DNA of 42,509 nt from the NCBI GenBank assembly GCA_036751585.1, contig DAIOUH010000002.1, forward strand, positions 1-42,509. The letters are read 5' to 3'. Under the pieces are notes generated by a model. The model did not search any database. It saw only the letters and a program-made list of their open reading frames with translations, and was not told the DNA's origin. Source of the DNA: Prevotella sp. (GTDB taxonomy: Bacteria > Bacteroidota > Bacteroidia > Bacteroidales > Bacteroidaceae). Numbering within the stretch: position 1 is the stretch's first letter; every line of letters starts with the position of its first letter. Of this stretch, positions 39,395 to 42,509 are shown piece by piece. A program made the position numbers and the translations under genes.

Positions 39395-42385
39395 TTAGAA
39401 ATCCATCTGAATGCCGACCATGAACTGTCGTGTCGATGGGTAGTAGGTGCGCGAGCCTGTGGCTCCCGGGTTCAAGCCGTTGACCTGATAGGTGGAAGGA
39501 TCCACGCCGGAGAACTTGGTCCAGGTGAACAGGTTGCTTCCCGTGACGTAGAGACGGATTGAGTCGATGAATTTCTTGTTGATATTAAGCGTATAGCCAA
39601 TGTTGACCGACGAGAGCTTCAGATAGTCGCCAGGCTCAAGGAAGTAGTCGCATACGATAGGGTTCTCAGACACTATCTTGTTCTTGCTGTAAGCCTTGTC
39701 CATAACGTTGCCTTGGAAGTTCTTCGTGCCATAGTAGAAGTCGTGGATGTTGAAAATGTCAAAGCCGAGCGCTGTCTGGAAAAACAGCGAGAGGTCTATG
39801 TTCTTGTAGCGGAAAGTGTGGGTCATGGAGCCCGTGAACTTAGGCATGCCGTTGCCCACATATTGGCGGTCGTTGTCGGTGGCGTTGTCTGCCAATACCA
39901 TGTCGCCATCCTTGTCGTATACGATCCAGCGGCCTTGCGGATCCACGCCAGCGTACTTGAGCATGTAGAAACTTCCTATGCGCCTTCCTTTCTCTATGCG
40001 TTGCAATGTATGGAATGGATATGGGTCCTCGGGGCTTACCACGTCGTAATAGTCTTGCCCGACGAAGTTGCTGTTGCTGAAGCTGACGAACTCATTGCTC
40101 ATCGTTGCACCCACCACATTCAGCGTATAGCTGAAGTCCTTTGTCTTTATGGCGTTCCATGTAATGTCAAACTCGAAGCCGCTATTGCGCATCGTGCCCA
40201 CGTTGACGAATGTCGTGGTAAACAGGTAAGGTGGTACTGGCACGTTGTAGTCGCCAAGCAAATCCTGTTGTTTGCGGTTGTAATAGTTGAAAGAGCCATA
40301 GAGTGCGCCTTTGAACAAGGTCCAGTCAAGGCCTATGTTCCAGTTCTTTCCTTTCTCCCATTTCAAGTCGGGGTTGACATTCTTCCCTGGTCCCCATACT
40401 TGATAATACTTTCCATTGTAAGTGTAATAGCCGAAGCCTTGCATGGTGTTCAGCGACTTATAGCTGTCGAAGTTCTGGTTTCCTGTCACGCCATAGTCGG
40501 CGCGGAGCTTCAAGTCGGTCAGCCATCCTTTTGTTACCTTCATGAAGGGCTCGTCGGAGATGCGCCATCCTGCGGACACGGCTGGGAAGTTGCCCCACTT
40601 GTGGTTGGCTCCGAACTTTGATGAGCCCTCGTGACGCAGCGAGGCGGTGAGCATGTAGCGGCCCTTCCAGTCGTAACTGATTCTGCCAAAGAAGGCAATG
40701 AGCTTGCTGTCGTTCATGTATGAGCCCATGTCTACCTCGCCCTCGTCCTTGGCGAAGGTGCCAGAGCCGAGGTTGTTGTCCTGGAGAGCGTCGTTGGGGA
40801 AGTCCTTGTTGTATGCGTTCAATCCAGAGTATTTGTTGTACTCGTAAGAGTAGCCTATCATGGCCTTGACGTTGTGGTTGCCGAAAGAATTGCTGTAGTT
40901 CGTGATCCATTCCACGCTTTGGATGGATGTCTTCGAGTAGTCTTGCGAAGCCTCTCCGCTACGGCCGGAGTTGATGCATAGTGTGCTGGTTGACGGGCGG
41001 AAAAACTGGTTGTAGTTGTCGTATTGGTGATCAGCGAACGTCAGCTGCGTGGTCAGCATCTGCTTGCCAGGGTTTTTCAAGAGCAATGGGAAAAGGTTCA
41101 ACTTTGCCGATGCGTCCCAGTCGAGCAGTTTTGTTGTTCCAGTGTTTTTGTCGAGCTTCTCAAGCTCCACGGGGTTGTAGCTTGCGGCTTGACCTTTGAA
41201 GTTATAGTATTGAGTAGGATTTTGTGGATCCATGATTGGTGTCGTCGGGTTTGCCTCGATAGCATTGCGGAACACGTCCCAAGAGGCGTTTTTGCGGTAA
41301 GCAATGCGTGGCGCGATATTCACGCCAAAGGTGAGCAACCCACTCTTGTTGGTGTGGTTCAACGACACGCGGCCTCCATACTCCCTACGGCCAGAGTATT
41401 TGTCGACGCCTTGGGCGTTGCGGTAGTCTATCGACGCGCGATAGTTAGAGCGAGAGTTGCCGCCGCTCAATGTCAATGTGTGCTGCGTGCGCACTCCCAC
41501 GCGGCTCACGGCGTCGAGCCAATCGGTTGAGGCACCAAGGTCGTATCCCGTGCCTGAGGCTATGCGGTTGGCGCGATATTCGTCGGCGCTGAGCATGTCG
41601 AGCTCCTTCTTTATCACGTCAAAGGAAACGGTGCCATTATATGTGGTGTGTATCGCGCCATCGCGCGCGCCCTTTTTCGTGGTTACGAGTATTACGCCGT
41701 TTGAGCCTCGTGTGCCGTAGATGGCAGAGGCGGCACCGTCTTTCAAGATGTCAAACGAGGCTATGTCGTTGGGGTTGAGGTTGGTGAGGTTTCCGCCTGG
41801 CACACCGTCGATGACAATCAGCGGGCCAAGTCCTGCCGCTCGCGACGACACGCCACGCACCTGGATGCTTGCCTCTGTGTTTGGGTCGCCAGCACCCGTG
41901 TTGGTGATGCTCACGCCAGGCACCTTGCCTTGAATCATCATAGAGGGATCAACGCTTGCCACCTGAGTGAAGTTCTTGTCGCTGACGTGTGAGATGGCTG
42001 ATGTCAGCTCTTTCTTGTCCATCGTTCCATAGCCGATGACCACAACCTCGTTGAGCTCATCGCTTTTCTCCTTGAGTGTCACGTTGATGACGGAGCGGCC
42101 GTTGACAGTCTCCGTGGCGGTCTGGAATCCCACGTAGGAGAACACGAGCTTAGAAGAAGCTGAGGCGTTGACGGTGTACTTTCCATCCATGTCGGTGATA
42201 GTGTTCTGGACGGCTTTGCCACCGTTGTCAGCTTTGATGGTCACGCCAATCAATGGCTCGCCAGATTGGTCGGTAACCCTACCGCTGACTGTTACCTGTT
42301 GAGCAAATGCTGCCAATCCGAAAAACATCAGCAATGCTAATAGCATAAACCGACATTTGAAGTCTTTTCTTTCAATTGGTATCAT
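39395..42385 (-). CDS. susC: SusC/RagA-family TonB-dependent transporter (alpha-glucan PUL)
   Basis: VSGRVTDQSGEPLIGV, LNEVVVIGYG, PLIVIDG, LKDGAASAIYGTRGSNGVILVTTKKG; C-terminal Phe. Confidence 0.95.
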   Translation of the reverse strand: MIPIERKDFKCRFMLLALLMFFGLAAFAQQVTVSGRVTDQSGEPLIGVTIKADNGGKAVQNTITDMDGKYTVNASASSKLVFSYVGFQTATETVNGRSVINVTLKEKSDELNEVVVIGYGTMDKKELTSAISHVSDKNFTQVASVDPSMMIQGKVPGVSITNTGAGDPNTEASIQVRGVSSRAAGLGPLIVIDGVPGGNLTNLNPNDIASFDILKDGAASAIYGTRGSNGVILVTTKKGARDGAIHTTYNGTVSFDVIKKELDMLSADEYRANRIASGTGYDLGASTDWLDAVSRVGVRTQHTLTLSGGNSRSNYRASIDYRNAQGVDKYSGRREYGGRVSLNHTNKSGLLTFGVNIAPRIAYRKNASWDVFRNAIEANPTTPIMDPQNPTQYYNFKGQAASYNPVELEKLDKNTGTTKLLDWDASAKLNLFPLLLKNPGKQMLTTQLTFADHQYDNYNQFFRPSTSTLCINSGRSGEASQDYSKTSIQSVEWITNYSNSFGNHNVKAMIGYSYEYNKYSGLNAYNKDFPNDALQDNNLGSGTFAKDEGEVDMGSYMNDSKLIAFFGRISYDWKGRYMLTASLRHEGSSKFGANHKWGNFPAVSAGWRISDEPFMKVTKGWLTDLKLRADYGVTGNQNFDSYKSLNTMQGFGYYTYNGKYYQVWGPGKNVNPDLKWEKGKNWNIGLDWTLFKGALYGSFNYYNRKQQDLLGDYNVPVPPYLFTTTFVNVGTMRNSGFEFDITWNAIKTKDFSYTLNVVGATMSNEFVSFSNSNFVGQDYYDVVSPEDPYPFHTLQRIEKGRRIGSFYMLKYAGVDPQGRWIVYDKDGDMVLADNATDNDRQYVGNGMPKFTGSMTHTFRYKNIDLSLFFQTALGFDIFNIHDFYYGTKNFQGNVMDKAYSKNKIVSENPIVCDYFLEPGDYLKLSSVNIGYTLNINKKFIDSIRLYVTGSNLFTWTKFSGVDPSTYQVNGLNPGATGSRTYYPSTRQFMVGIQMDF

Positions 42386-42431
42386 GTTGAATTTATTAGT
42401 TGATTGTATTAAATAATAATCGTATAGGTTG

Positions 42432-42459
42432 CCTTTTGGTCTTTACCTTTTGGTCTTTT
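42432..42459. repeat. 14-bp direct duplication in the susC leader
   Basis: CCTTTTGGTCTTTA followed by CCTTTTGGTCTTTT. Confidence 0.8.
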
Positions 42460-42471
42460 AAGATTTGTTGG

Positions 42472-42479
42472 CAAAGATA
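42472..42479 (-). promoter_or_regulatory. -7 promoter box of the alpha-glucan PUL
   Basis: CAAAGATA on + equals TATCTTTG on -, about 87 nt upstream of the susC ATG. Confidence 0.6.
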
Positions 42480-42509
42480 GGTAATTTCTTGATAAGGTAT
42501 CCTCAATAG

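Overview
Bacteroidota DNA, most likely Prevotella/Segatella-like (inferred from TAnnTTTG promoter boxes, SusC/SusD pairs and the long-form IspG). In order, the window holds: the tail of a 22-bp tandem repeat; manC; a complete fructan utilisation locus (hybrid sensor-regulator, SusC, SusD, DUF4960 protein, two GH32, MFS permease, fructokinase); a lone Rpn/PD-(D/E)XK gene; a sialidase plus sialate O-acetylesterase pair; a GH2 beta-galactosidase; a YqiA-esterase/nucleotidase-like fusion; a second 22-bp palindromic array; an operon of an unknown duplicated-domain protein, rpoN, a membrane protein, purE, ispG, a lipid A acyltransferase and a metallophosphoesterase; and, on the minus strand, an alpha-glucan (probably dextran) locus (SusC, SusD, SusE/F-like, GH27 isomalto-dextranase-like, GH97). 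Four things stand out. (1) The fructan hybrid two-component regulator has no ATP-binding kinase domain and an altered H-box but keeps an intact receiver. (2) A nuclease-free, tandem-duplicated HNH-N-terminal-type protein is coupled to rpoN directly behind a palindromic 22-bp array. (3) Two unrelated intergenic arrays share the same 22-bp period. (4) The alpha-glucan locus is built around a GH27 isomalto-dextranase-like enzyme. All family calls come from motif recognition by eye; no searches were run.
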